Below, one piece after another: positions 9,195 to 18,474 of a stretch of 64,000 nucleotides of DNA (positions within the stretch are counted from its first letter, which is position 1; each line of letters begins with the position of its first letter). The translations under genes were made by a program, and so were the position numbers. This stretch comes from an uncultured Phycisphaerales bacterium (GTDB taxonomy: Bacteria > Planctomycetota > Phycisphaerae > Phycisphaerales > SM1A02), in contig CALKEP010000004.1 of assembly GCA_938084645.1 (NCBI GenBank), positions 32,001-96,000 of the forward strand. The letters run 5' to 3'. Below the pieces are notes generated by a model that was given only the letters and a program-made list of their open reading frames with translations, did no database searches and had not been told where the DNA came from.

Positions 9195-10667
9195 ATGGAC
9201 TTCACCCCACCGGGACGATTCAAGACCGCCGAGGACTTTCGCGATCGATGGCGTGAACTCGATTCCGATCGCGGACTCGATTGCGATCTCGAGGTGGGCG
9301 GCCCCGGGGATCCGCTCGCCGAGGCCTTCGAGTTCACGACCCCGGACGGTCCGCGCCGCGTGGGCAATCGATTCGTCGTGCACCCCATGGAGGGTTGGGA
9401 CGCGAACGACGACGGAAGCCCCAGTGACGACACCATCCGGCGCTGGCGACGCTTCGGCGAGAGCGGCGCGAAGCTCATCTGGGGCGGCGAGGCGTACGCG
9501 GTGCAACCCGACGGCCGCGCCAATCCCAACCAGCTGCATCTCAATCCCGATCCCGCGGTGGACGACGCCGCCAACCTCCGCACGCTGCTCGAGACGCTGA
9601 GGACCGCCCATCGCGATGCGTACGGATCGACCGACGATCTTCTGACGGGACTCCAGCTGACGCATTCCGGCCGTTTCAGTCGACCATCCGGCACCAGCAT
9701 GTCGCCCCGCATCGCCGAGCTGAACCCCGTGCTGTCGGCGAAGTACGGCCTCGACGCGAACGTCCACGTGCTCACCGACGGCGAACTGCGGGCGATCTCC
9801 GAGAACATGGTGAAGGCCGCGTGCCTCGCCGCCGACGTCGGCTTCGACTTCGTGGACGTCAAGTGCTGTCACGGATATCTCCTGCACGAGCTGCTGGGAG
9901 CCCACACCCGCGGCGGCGACTACGGCGGTTCGTTCGAGAACCGGACCCGGCTGTTCCGCGACACCGTGAGGGCGATCCGCGAGGAACGACCCGGACTGCT
10001 CGTCGGTTGCCGGGTGTCGATCACCGACACCTACCCGCTCTTCCGACGCGACGGCGACGCGATCGGACATCCGAAGGGCGTCGAGAACCACCTGCCCTGG
10101 CGGCACGGCTTCGGCGTGAACGCGATGGATCCCACCACCAGCGACTTCGCGGAACCGCAGGCGTTCCTCGAACTGTGTCGCGATCTCGGCGTGTTCGCCG
10201 CGAACCTCACGGTCGGCAGTCCCTACTACTGTCCGCACCTGCAGCGCCCGGCGGCCTACCCCCCGAGCGACGGATACCTGCCGCCGCGCGATCCGCTCTG
10301 CGAGGTCCAGCGACATCTGCACACCGTGCGAACGATCCGCGCCCTGGTGCCGGATCTGCCGTTGGTGGGCAGTGGATGGTCCTATCTGCAGGAGTGGCTT
10401 CCGAACGTGGCCCGGGTCGAGGTCCGACTCGGCATGGTCGACTTCGTCGGCCTCGGCCGATCCATGCTCTCGTATCCGACGCTGCCCGCCGACGTGGTCG
10501 CGGGCCGCCCCCTCGACCGCAAGCAACTCTGCCGGACCTTCAGCGACTGCACCACCGCGCCGCGGAACGGCATGATCTCCGGCTGCTACCCGCTCGACGA
10601 ACACTACAAGTCGATGCCCCAGGCCGTCGAACTCAAGGTGCTTCGCAAGGAGGCCTCGAAGGCATGA
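9195..10667 (+). CDS. NADH:flavin oxidoreductase (old yellow enzyme family), atypical
   Basis: 'NRFVVHPMEG', 'QLTHSGR', 'HGYLLHELL', 'YGGSFENRTR', 'DFVGLGR'. Confidence 0.9.
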   Translation: MDFTPPGRFKTAEDFRDRWRELDSDRGLDCDLEVGGPGDPLAEAFEFTTPDGPRRVGNRFVVHPMEGWDANDDGSPSDDTIRRWRRFGESGAKLIWGGEAYAVQPDGRANPNQLHLNPDPAVDDAANLRTLLETLRTAHRDAYGSTDDLLTGLQLTHSGRFSRPSGTSMSPRIAELNPVLSAKYGLDANVHVLTDGELRAISENMVKAACLAADVGFDFVDVKCCHGYLLHELLGAHTRGGDYGGSFENRTRLFRDTVRAIREERPGLLVGCRVSITDTYPLFRRDGDAIGHPKGVENHLPWRHGFGVNAMDPTTSDFAEPQAFLELCRDLGVFAANLTVGSPYYCPHLQRPAAYPPSDGYLPPRDPLCEVQRHLHTVRTIRALVPDLPLVGSGWSYLQEWLPNVARVEVRLGMVDFVGLGRSMLSYPTLPADVVAGRPLDRKQLCRTFSDCTTAPRNGMISGCYPLDEHYKSMPQAVELKVLRKEASKA

Positions 10668-12040
10668 CTGAATCGAATGACCGGAACATCGCCCGATTCG
10701 CGGAACTGGACGCCCGTCCACTGCCGGGCCGGATCGCGGGGTACCTGCGATACATGGGGCCGGGATATCTCCAGTCCGCGATGACCCTCGGGGGCGGCAG
10801 CGCCTTCGCCGCCCTGTTCAGCGGCGCCGCGTTCGGCTATCAGCTGCTCTGGGTCGCCCCCGCCGCGATGCTCCTCGGGGTCATCGTGATGAGTGCGATC
10901 GCCTGGCAGACCCTCTCGACGGGCGTCGATCCGTACGACGCCCTGAAGAAGCACGTCCACCCGGTCTTCGCGTGGGCGTTCGCATGGGGCGGCCTCCTGA
11001 GCTCGATCATCTGGCAGTTCGCGCAGTACGCGCTGGCCGCCGCGATGCTCTCCCTGCTGCTCGGGGTCGAGCCGTGGGTCGGGGGCCTCATCGCACTCGC
11101 CTGGTGCGTCGCGGTCGGCCTCCTGCATGGACGGGCACGCTCGTTCATCAGGACCTACGAAGTGATTCTCACCGGCATGGTGTGGTTCATCGTGGTCGCG
11201 ATGGCGGTGGTGGTCTTCCAGTCGGGAGTGCCCGATCTCGGCGACGTCGCGAAGGGGTTCATCCCGTCGATCCCGAACGACTGGACGGGAACGAACGCGG
11301 CCGGCGCGGAGACCTCCATCTCCGCGATGACCCTGGTCGTCTCCGGCCTCGCGGCGGCGGTCGGCGCGAACATGCTCTTCGTCTATCCCTACACGCTCCG
11401 CAAGAACGGCTGGGGTCGGGCCCACCGACGCCTCGCCCGATACGACCTCGTCTTCGGCATGTTCATCCCCTTCACCATCGCGGTGAGCCTGATGGTGATC
11501 GCGAGCGCCTCGGTGTTCCACTTCGGTGAAGGTGGATTCGCCGGTTCGAAGATCCACCCCGCGAAGGCGGCGGAGATCTTCGCATCCCCCGACCGGCTCG
11601 GTCCGGTGGTCGGCCTCTGGATCTTCGGGCTCGGAATCCTCGCGATGGCCCTGTCCTCGATCACCATGCAGATGCTCGCCTCGGGTTTCGCCGGCGTGAA
11701 ACTCTTCGGCGTCCGCGAGGACTCCGCCGGTCACAAGTTCTTCATCCTCCTCCCCGCCATCGGCGTGCTCGGGGCGATCTTCTGGTCCAACATCGCCCCC
11801 TGGGTGGCGGTTCCGACCAATGTGATCTGCGGACTCTTCCTGCCCGCGTCCTACCTCGGCTTCACCCTCCTGCAACGACGTCGCGAATACCTCGGTGAAG
11901 ACACGCCGAAGAACCCGCTCGCGACCTGGTGGATCGCCGGCATGCTGCTCGGCACCGCGGTGCTCACCGTGTTCCTCGCCACGGTGGTCGTCGAACAGGG
12001 ACCGGGATTCATCGAACGACTGGTGGGAAGCGCCGGATGA
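10664..12040 (+). CDS. NRAMP-like (APC/LeuT-fold) secondary transporter
   Basis: about 11 hydrophobic segments; 'YMGPGYLQSAMTLGGGS...GAAFGYQLLW'; ATG at 10664 overlaps the upstream stop. Confidence 0.8.
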   Translation: MTESNDRNIARFAELDARPLPGRIAGYLRYMGPGYLQSAMTLGGGSAFAALFSGAAFGYQLLWVAPAAMLLGVIVMSAIAWQTLSTGVDPYDALKKHVHPVFAWAFAWGGLLSSIIWQFAQYALAAAMLSLLLGVEPWVGGLIALAWCVAVGLLHGRARSFIRTYEVILTGMVWFIVVAMAVVVFQSGVPDLGDVAKGFIPSIPNDWTGTNAAGAETSISAMTLVVSGLAAAVGANMLFVYPYTLRKNGWGRAHRRLARYDLVFGMFIPFTIAVSLMVIASASVFHFGEGGFAGSKIHPAKAAEIFASPDRLGPVVGLWIFGLGILAMALSSITMQMLASGFAGVKLFGVREDSAGHKFFILLPAIGVLGAIFWSNIAPWVAVPTNVICGLFLPASYLGFTLLQRRREYLGEDTPKNPLATWWIAGMLLGTAVLTVFLATVVVEQGPGFIERLVGSAG

Positions 12041-13278
12041 GGATCGAAGTCGACCTGCCTCAGGGACCACTCGCGATCGACGACGATCCATGGCGAGCAC
12101 TCCGGGACGGGGTCGACGCCGACGCTCCGCTTCCGCGCCTGTGTTACGCGGCGGCGCATGTCGTCATGCAACCCGAATACGCGGCGGTTCAGCATGCCGT
12201 CACGTCACCCGGAACCGCCGAGGCGATCGCGGCCCACGTCGACTGGGACGCGACGATGAACGTCAGGACGCGGATCGGCGCCACGGGGATGGGGATCGCC
12301 GAGGCGATGGACACCGCCCAGCGTTTCGACCTGGGCTGGGACGCGGCGCGGGAACTCATCGAACGGACCGGACGACTCGGACTGCCCGGAGGCTTCTGCG
12401 CCGGCGCGAGCACCGATCATCTCTCCCGCGCGGACACCACCACCCGGATCGTCGACGGCGTCGTCGAACAGATCGAGACGATCCGAAATGCCGGCGGCGT
12501 CGCGGTGATCCTTCCCATGCCGCGGCTGTGCGAACTCGGACTCGACGAGGACGGATTCGTCGCGGTCTACGGCGACATCGCCCGGGCCGCGGGCGACGGC
12601 CCGCTGATCGTCCACTGGCTCGGACCGATGTTCCTGGCCTCGCTCGAAGGCTACTTTCCGGGCGAGTCCTTCCTTCGAATCATGCGCAACGATCCGGACC
12701 GCTATCGGGCCGCCAAGTTGTCCATGCTCGATCACGAGCTCGAGGTGCGGCTGCGACGGGATCTCCTGCAACGCGACCAGATCATGCTGACCGGCGACGA
12801 CTTCCACTTCGGTCGACTCATCGCGGGAGAGGTCGAAGGAATCATGCCGGAGGAACGGATGGTCGAGTTCGACGGCCGGCTGGTTCCGATCGGCGACTTC
12901 AGTCACGCCCTGCTCGGGATCTTCGATGCGATCGCCGTCCCCGCCGCCCTCGCCCTGCGTCGCCTCGCGGCCGGCGACCGGACCGCCTACGACGCGATCA
13001 TGGATCCGTGCGAACGTCTCGGCCAGCGGATCTTCGAATCGCCGACGCACCAGTACAAGGTCGGACTGGCGTTCCTCGCGTGGTTGAACGGCCGTCAGGC
13101 GAACCCGATGCTGGTGAACCACCTGGAATCGGCGCGCGATGCGGCGCACCTCGAGGACGTCGCGCGACTGGCCTCGGAGAGCGGCGCGATCGAAGACGCC
13201 GAAGTCGCCGCGACCCGACTCGCCGCGTGGTCCACCGCGGTCCGCGACGGACACCTCGACGCCCTCACCCGGATGTGA
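12037..13278 (+). CDS. DUF993 family TIM-barrel protein (dihydrodipicolinate-synthase-like)
   Basis: 'YAAAHVV', 'DWDATM', 'IAEAMDTAQR', 'HWLGPMF', 'TGDDF', 'SHALLGIFD'; ATG at 12037 overlaps the upstream stop. Confidence 0.85.
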   Translation: MRIEVDLPQGPLAIDDDPWRALRDGVDADAPLPRLCYAAAHVVMQPEYAAVQHAVTSPGTAEAIAAHVDWDATMNVRTRIGATGMGIAEAMDTAQRFDLGWDAARELIERTGRLGLPGGFCAGASTDHLSRADTTTRIVDGVVEQIETIRNAGGVAVILPMPRLCELGLDEDGFVAVYGDIARAAGDGPLIVHWLGPMFLASLEGYFPGESFLRIMRNDPDRYRAAKLSMLDHELEVRLRRDLLQRDQIMLTGDDFHFGRLIAGEVEGIMPEERMVEFDGRLVPIGDFSHALLGIFDAIAVPAALALRRLAAGDRTAYDAIMDPCERLGQRIFESPTHQYKVGLAFLAWLNGRQANPMLVNHLESARDAAHLEDVARLASESGAIEDAEVAATRLAAWSTAVRDGHLDALTRM

Positions 13279-13353
13279 TTCCCGCGGGACGAGCGGCATC
13301 ACACCCCGTGCGGATCCGCACGTGAAGCCCCGGGGGGCGGTAACCTCGTCCGC

Positions 13354-14595
13354 ATGAACGAGACCTCCGAGGACGTCCCGGTCGAAGCCGCCGATCGCGG
13401 TGGCGTCGAACGACTTCTGGTCCGGGTCGCCGAAGCACTGCACGAGTCCGGGGCCCCGAGCTATCGCATCGAAGCCTCGGTCGCGGCCGTCGGCCGCCGC
13501 TTCGACATGGTGACCGCGGTCTTCGCGGTACCGACCGGCCTGACCCTCGGCCTCGGCCCGGTCGATCGCCAGAAGATGCGGATGATCAGGACGCGACCTC
13601 GGAGTCCGGCCCTGCAGCGGATGCGACTGGTGGACATCGTGATCCGTGATCTGGTCTCCGGTGACTGCGATGCCGGAACCGGGGTCCGGCGGCTCGACGA
13701 GATCGCCGCGAGTCCGTCGCCCTGGGGACGACGGGCCACGCTCCTCGCCTTCATGCTGACCGGGGCGGGCGTGGCGGTCCTTTCCGGAGGCACCATGTGG
13801 ACCGCGCTGGCGGCATCGATCGCCGCCGGTGGCGTCGCGCTGATCCTTCGCATCTTCGGAAGTTCGCCGCACCGCGCTCCGCTCGCGGACTTCGTCGCGG
13901 CGTTCGTCGCCGCCGTCCTGGCGAACGCCCTCGCGATCTGGTTCGGGTCCGATCCACGGTTGACGCTCATCGCCGCGATCATCGTCCTGGTGCCCGGACT
14001 CACGCTGACCATCGCGATGCGGGAACTCGCGATGGGTGAACTGACCGCGGGATCCGCCCGGTTGATGGGCGCCCTGACCACGTTCGTCGCGCTCGGCTTC
14101 GGCGCCGGACTCGGTGAGGGCGTCGGCGAACTGCTGTCGCCCGTCCAGGTGACCGAGGTGGCCACGGCCTCCCCCACGGTCTGGACCCTTCTTCCGGCGG
14201 TGGGTGCCGCTTCCATCGGCCTGATGATCCTCCTCGGCGAGATCCCGCGAATGACCCACTGGTTCCTCGCGGCCGTCCTCCTCGGCTGGGGGTCGATCCA
14301 GGTCGCGGCCCCCTTCGCCAGCCCCGAAGTGACCGCGGCGATCGCGGCCCTCGCGGTCGGGCTCGGAGGCAACCTCGCCAACCGCTTCCGAGGCGTGCCG
14401 ACCGCGCTCGTCGCGGTTCCCGGGCTCATCGTCCTCGTGCCCGGCGCCCTCGGACTCACGGGATTTCGAAGTCTGATGTCCGATGATCCGATCACCGGTC
14501 TCAACACCATCATCGACGCGATGCTGATCGGCGGCGGCCTCGTGGCCGGCCTCCTGGTCGCGGCGATGCTGCTTCCCCCGCGGACCGCGCTGTGA
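13354..14595 (+). CDS. threonine/serine exporter family protein (ThrE)
   Basis: 'ALHESGAPSYRIE', 'IIVLVPG', 'GLIVLVPG'; about 10 TMs. Confidence 0.85.
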   Translation: MNETSEDVPVEAADRGGVERLLVRVAEALHESGAPSYRIEASVAAVGRRFDMVTAVFAVPTGLTLGLGPVDRQKMRMIRTRPRSPALQRMRLVDIVIRDLVSGDCDAGTGVRRLDEIAASPSPWGRRATLLAFMLTGAGVAVLSGGTMWTALAASIAAGGVALILRIFGSSPHRAPLADFVAAFVAAVLANALAIWFGSDPRLTLIAAIIVLVPGLTLTIAMRELAMGELTAGSARLMGALTTFVALGFGAGLGEGVGELLSPVQVTEVATASPTVWTLLPAVGAASIGLMILLGEIPRMTHWFLAAVLLGWGSIQVAAPFASPEVTAAIAALAVGLGGNLANRFRGVPTALVAVPGLIVLVPGALGLTGFRSLMSDDPITGLNTIIDAMLIGGGLVAGLLVAAMLLPPRTAL

Positions 14596-15590
14596 CGATC
14601 CTCCTTCCCACGAAGTGGACGCCGACGGCCCTCGCGATCCTCTTCCTGTCGACGCTCGTCGCCTGCACCACGACGACCGACTCCCGGAAGATCGCCGGGA
14701 CCTCGCCCGCGAACACCCGCGTCGACGAGGCGATCGCGCTCGCGATCCCCGTGCTGGAGCGGACCGATCCGGACACCGCGGCCCGCTGGCGGGACTGGCT
14801 CGCGTGCCCGGCGACGACCCGATCGATCCGAGGCACCGACGACCGGCCGATGTCGCTTCGATCGGTGCCGGGGCCCTTCGAGGCCACGGCGTACGCGGCC
14901 CCGATCCTCGACGCGCGAAGATCCCGCGACGAGACGCATCGCCACCCGATCCTCGGCGATCCATCGCACATCAAGGCGTCACACGCGCTCCCGATCCGCC
15001 GGGCGATCCCCGACGTCGTCGAGACGTCCGTGCCCGTGCTCGGCTGGGTCGCCGACGGACTCGACGCCTACCTCGCGGAGGTGAACGGCTCGACGGCGCT
15101 TCGGTTCCCCGACGGGACCATCGAATGCCTCGCGTGGTCGCGGACCAACGAGCGCGAGTACACGAGCCTCGGCCGTCGCATGGTCGAAACCGGAATCGCC
15201 GACGAGGATTCCATCGATCTCGACGTGATCCGGGCTCGACACGCCGAAGATCCGGAGACGGTCGAGCGACTGATGCTCGACAACGATCGCGTGGTGTTCT
15301 TCGAGATCGTTCCCGCCTCGGCCTGGCCCCGTGCCTCCACCGGCGTCCGGCTCGTTCCCCGTCACGCGGTGGCCGTCGATCCCGAGGTGATTCCACTGGG
15401 AAGCGTGCTGGTCATCGAGGGCCCCGACCTGAGGCCGACCGTGGTCGTCGCCGTCGACATCGGCGGTGCGATTCGTGGTCGCCGCCTCGACCTCTACCTC
15501 GGCGCCGGTGACCAGGCGCTGCAGGAGGCGGGACGCCTGAAGACCGACCTCCGCGTCTCGATCCTCGAGCCCGCGCACCGGAACCGGTGA
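14592..15590 (+). CDS. mltA: MltA/3D-domain lytic transglycosylase-like lipoprotein
   Basis: lipobox LVAC; 'YTSLGR', 'VAVDPEVIPLG', 'DIGGAIRGRRLDLYLG'. Confidence 0.75.
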   Translation: MTILLPTKWTPTALAILFLSTLVACTTTTDSRKIAGTSPANTRVDEAIALAIPVLERTDPDTAARWRDWLACPATTRSIRGTDDRPMSLRSVPGPFEATAYAAPILDARRSRDETHRHPILGDPSHIKASHALPIRRAIPDVVETSVPVLGWVADGLDAYLAEVNGSTALRFPDGTIECLAWSRTNEREYTSLGRRMVETGIADEDSIDLDVIRARHAEDPETVERLMLDNDRVVFFEIVPASAWPRASTGVRLVPRHAVAVDPEVIPLGSVLVIEGPDLRPTVVVAVDIGGAIRGRRLDLYLGAGDQALQEAGRLKTDLRVSILEPAHRNR

Positions 15591-15615
15591 ACGCCCGAGG
15601 CGGCGCAGGGTCCGC

Positions 15616-16806
15616 TCAACCGAGAATCAGTCGTTCGGCCCCGGACAGCATGGGGACCACCAGCCCACCGGCGATGAAGGCGAGGATCGCGGCGATCACG
15701 AGGACGAGCAGGACCTCGGTCGCGAGGATCAGCGGAACCCGCCCGGGTCCGCAGCCGATCAGGTGCATCGTCTCGATCTCGACGCTCCGCATGCGGATCG
15801 AGAGGGCGACCACCACCCCCACGAGCAGGAGCGTCGCGAATCCGACCACCGCGAGAACGCCCATCAGGATCCGCCGGACCCGGAAGACCTCGACGAGGAG
15901 TCGGTCCACGATCGCCGCGGCATCCACGAGCTGGAGCGGAAGTCGACCGACATCCGCCCGGCCGAGCAGGATCGTCCCACCCTTCGCGTCCCTGGGAATC
16001 ACGATCGCCGCGGTCACCGGCAGTTCCCCCGGTGGCGCATGGAAGTGGAAGCTCGAACGATTCTCATCCGTGATCTCCACGAACTCGCGGACCTTCGCGC
16101 TCGCGATGATGGCGTCGTCCTCGGTCCGGGCCATCACCAGCTCCGCATCGTCGGCTTCTTCGAGGTCGTCGTGGCCGTGGGCGAGACCACGGACGATCCA
16201 GGCGGTCGAGAGTCCCGTGAACACCGCCTCGTCGTCCGGCCCCCCGCTTTCACCGAGCACCCCGACCACCTCCATGCGAAGCGGGTACGCCCCGGCGAGA
16301 TCGAAGAACTCACGGGGTTCGGTGGTGATTCGATCGCCGACGACGACACCCTCGCGGGCGGCGACCGCCGCGCCGACCACGCATTCGCCCGCCGCGGCAT
16401 GGGCTCGCCCCGCGACGCACTCGAGGTTTCGGAAGTCGAGATAGCCGGGATCGGTGCCGACCAGCGGCACGTCGAGCACCCGGTCGCCGAGGACCAGGGG
16501 AAGAACCCGGGCGAGGTCGCCCTCGACCAGCGTCTCGATCTCCTCGGTTCGAAGCTCGCGATCGGGCGGCGATCTGAAGTAGAGCGCCGAGAGCACCAGA
16601 TCGATGGGTGCGCCCGGAGCACCGGCGACCAGCGGCGTCGCGGCGCCGCGGGCTCGCAGCGCTCGTTCTCCCGCCTGCACGAGGTTCTCCACCGCGATCG
16701 GCAGGAAGCCGACGATGAACAACGCCGCGATCAGCAGCGCCGATCGCTGGCGATGATGCAGCAGATGCCGACGTGCGAGGAACATCGAGTGCCGGATCGC
16801 GTTCAC
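15616..16806 (-). CDS. ABC transporter permease, MacB/FtsX type
   Basis: one N-terminal TM, large periplasmic domain, C-terminal FtsX-like TMs 'RSVEIETMHLIG'. Confidence 0.85.
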   Translation of the reverse strand: MNAIRHSMFLARRHLLHHRQRSALLIAALFIVGFLPIAVENLVQAGERALRARGAATPLVAGAPGAPIDLVLSALYFRSPPDRELRTEEIETLVEGDLARVLPLVLGDRVLDVPLVGTDPGYLDFRNLECVAGRAHAAAGECVVGAAVAAREGVVVGDRITTEPREFFDLAGAYPLRMEVVGVLGESGGPDDEAVFTGLSTAWIVRGLAHGHDDLEEADDAELVMARTEDDAIIASAKVREFVEITDENRSSFHFHAPPGELPVTAAIVIPRDAKGGTILLGRADVGRLPLQLVDAAAIVDRLLVEVFRVRRILMGVLAVVGFATLLLVGVVVALSIRMRSVEIETMHLIGCGPGRVPLILATEVLLVLVIAAILAFIAGGLVVPMLSGAERLILG

Positions 16807-17474
16807 GCGGGCACCTCCGTCCCGAGATCGATCACACGGTCGAACGCGTCGAGCAGGTCGTGGTCATGGGTCACCGCGAGCAGGGCCGCATCACGGTCCC
16901 GGGCGGCGCCGAGGAGGGCCTCGAGAATGACCCGCTTGTTCGATGGATCGAGGTTGCCGGTGGGTTCGTCGGCGAGCACGAGTCCCGGATCGGTGGCGAG
17001 GGCCCGGGCGATCGCGGTTCGTTGTCGCTCACCGTGACTGAGCCGACCGATCGGACGCCGTCGAAGGTGCCCGATGCCGAGCCGCTCCAGCAGATCGAGG
17101 ACCCGCGATCGAGCCGCGGCATCGGCACGAAGGCCACCGAGCCGGAACGGCAGCATCGCGTTCTCCTCGACGTCGAGATGGTCGAGCAGGCGGAAGTCCT
17201 GGAAGACGAATCCGATCGAACGGAGCCGAAGCGCCCGCATGGCGGCCTCGCCGAGTCCGGCCACGTCGACCCCGTCGAGCCGGACGGTCCCGGTGCGGGG
17301 CCGCAGCGTGCCGGCGGCGAGACGAAGCAACGTGGACTTGCCGCAGCCGCTCGGGCCGATCACCGCGACCGTCTCACCTCGCTCGACCGAGAGCCCCTCG
17401 AGTCGCAAGGTGAATCCGTCACCTTCCCCCCGGGCGGCGGGGTAGTCGAATTGGACGTCGTCGATGAGGAGCAT
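16803..17474 (-). CDS. ABC transporter ATP-binding protein (LolD/MacB-like)
   Basis: Walker A 'GPSGCGKS', signature 'LSHGERQR', 'LADEPTGNLD', 'VTHD'; ATG at 17474. Confidence 0.92.
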   Translation of the reverse strand: MLLIDDVQFDYPAARGEGDGFTLRLEGLSVERGETVAVIGPSGCGKSTLLRLAAGTLRPRTGTVRLDGVDVAGLGEAAMRALRLRSIGFVFQDFRLLDHLDVEENAMLPFRLGGLRADAAARSRVLDLLERLGIGHLRRRPIGRLSHGERQRTAIARALATDPGLVLADEPTGNLDPSNKRVILEALLGAARDRDAALLAVTHDHDLLDAFDRVIDLGTEVPA

Positions 17475-17508
17475 CGGAGTACGATACCGCACTCCAAGGG
17501 AGCCCCTC
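17475..17508. promoter_or_regulatory. 34-bp divergent promoter with overlapping -10-like hexamers inside an inverted repeat
   Basis: TACGAT (+, 17480-17485) and TATCGT (-, 17486-17481) lie within GGAGTACG-ATAC-CGCACTCC (17476-17495); GGGAG SD precedes the + gene. Confidence 0.5.
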
Positions 17509-18474
17509 ATGAACCGACTCTCGCTTTCTTCCATGGTCCGCTCGAACGCCTGGTCGCGCTCGACCCTCGTGATGCTCGTCGCGGCCTCCATCGGCCTCGC
17601 CGGCTGTGGCGGGAACGACGACGAAATCGATGCACGAGACCCGGCGGAACCTCGATCCATCGCCGTTTCGAACCACCCGCTCGCCTTCTTCGCCACCCGC
17701 ATCGGCGGAGACCGGGTGGACGTCCGCTGGCTGGTCCCGGACGGCGTCGACCCGGCGACGTGGTCGCCGAACGGAGACGATCTCGCCGCGATGCAGTCCG
17801 CCGATCTGATCCTGCTCAACGGCGCGACCTACGAACCCTGGCGAGCGACCGCGAGTCTTCCACGGGATCGCGTGGTCGACACCACCGCCGCGATCCGGAG
17901 CGTCCTCATCGAGACGGAGGAAGGACCGGTCCACGCCCACGGCCCCGAAGGGGAACACACGCATCGGGGAACCGCGTCGACGACCTGGATCGATCCGAAA
18001 CTGGCCATCGCCCAGTCGGCCGCGGTGGAGAAGGCCCTGTCTGCCCTGATGCCGGCGCATCAGGATCAGTTCCGCTCGAACCGCGGGGTCCTGATCCGCG
18101 AACTCGAAGAGCGGGCCGCCCCGATCGAACAGGCGGTGAACACCGATCCCGATCGCCCCGTCATCTTCAGCCGTCCGGTCTACCAATACCTCGCTCGGCG
18201 ATTTCGAATGAACGGCGAGACCCTCGACTGGAACGGCTCGACGTCGCCGAGTGACCAGGACCTCGCGGAGCTCGAGGAACTGCTCGAAGGCCATCCCGCC
18301 GCCTGGATGATCTGGCCCGAGGCCCCGCCGGAAGCGACCGTCTCGCTGCTCCGGGAGCGTGGCATCGAATGCGTGGTCGTCCCGATCGCGGGCGCCCCTC
18401 CCGTCGACGGCGACCTGCTCACCGCGATGGACGAGACCGCCGCCGCGCTCCGTCGGGTCTACGAATTCGATTGA
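17509..18474 (+). CDS. metal ABC transporter substrate-binding lipoprotein (ZnuA/TroA family)
   Basis: lipobox LAGC; 'LVPDGVDPATWSP', His loop 'HAHGPEGEHTH', 'TWIDP'. Confidence 0.85.
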   Translation: MNRLSLSSMVRSNAWSRSTLVMLVAASIGLAGCGGNDDEIDARDPAEPRSIAVSNHPLAFFATRIGGDRVDVRWLVPDGVDPATWSPNGDDLAAMQSADLILLNGATYEPWRATASLPRDRVVDTTAAIRSVLIETEEGPVHAHGPEGEHTHRGTASTTWIDPKLAIAQSAAVEKALSALMPAHQDQFRSNRGVLIRELEERAAPIEQAVNTDPDRPVIFSRPVYQYLARRFRMNGETLDWNGSTSPSDQDLAELEELLEGHPAAWMIWPEAPPEATVSLLRERGIECVVVPIAGAPPVDGDLLTAMDETAAALRRVYEFD

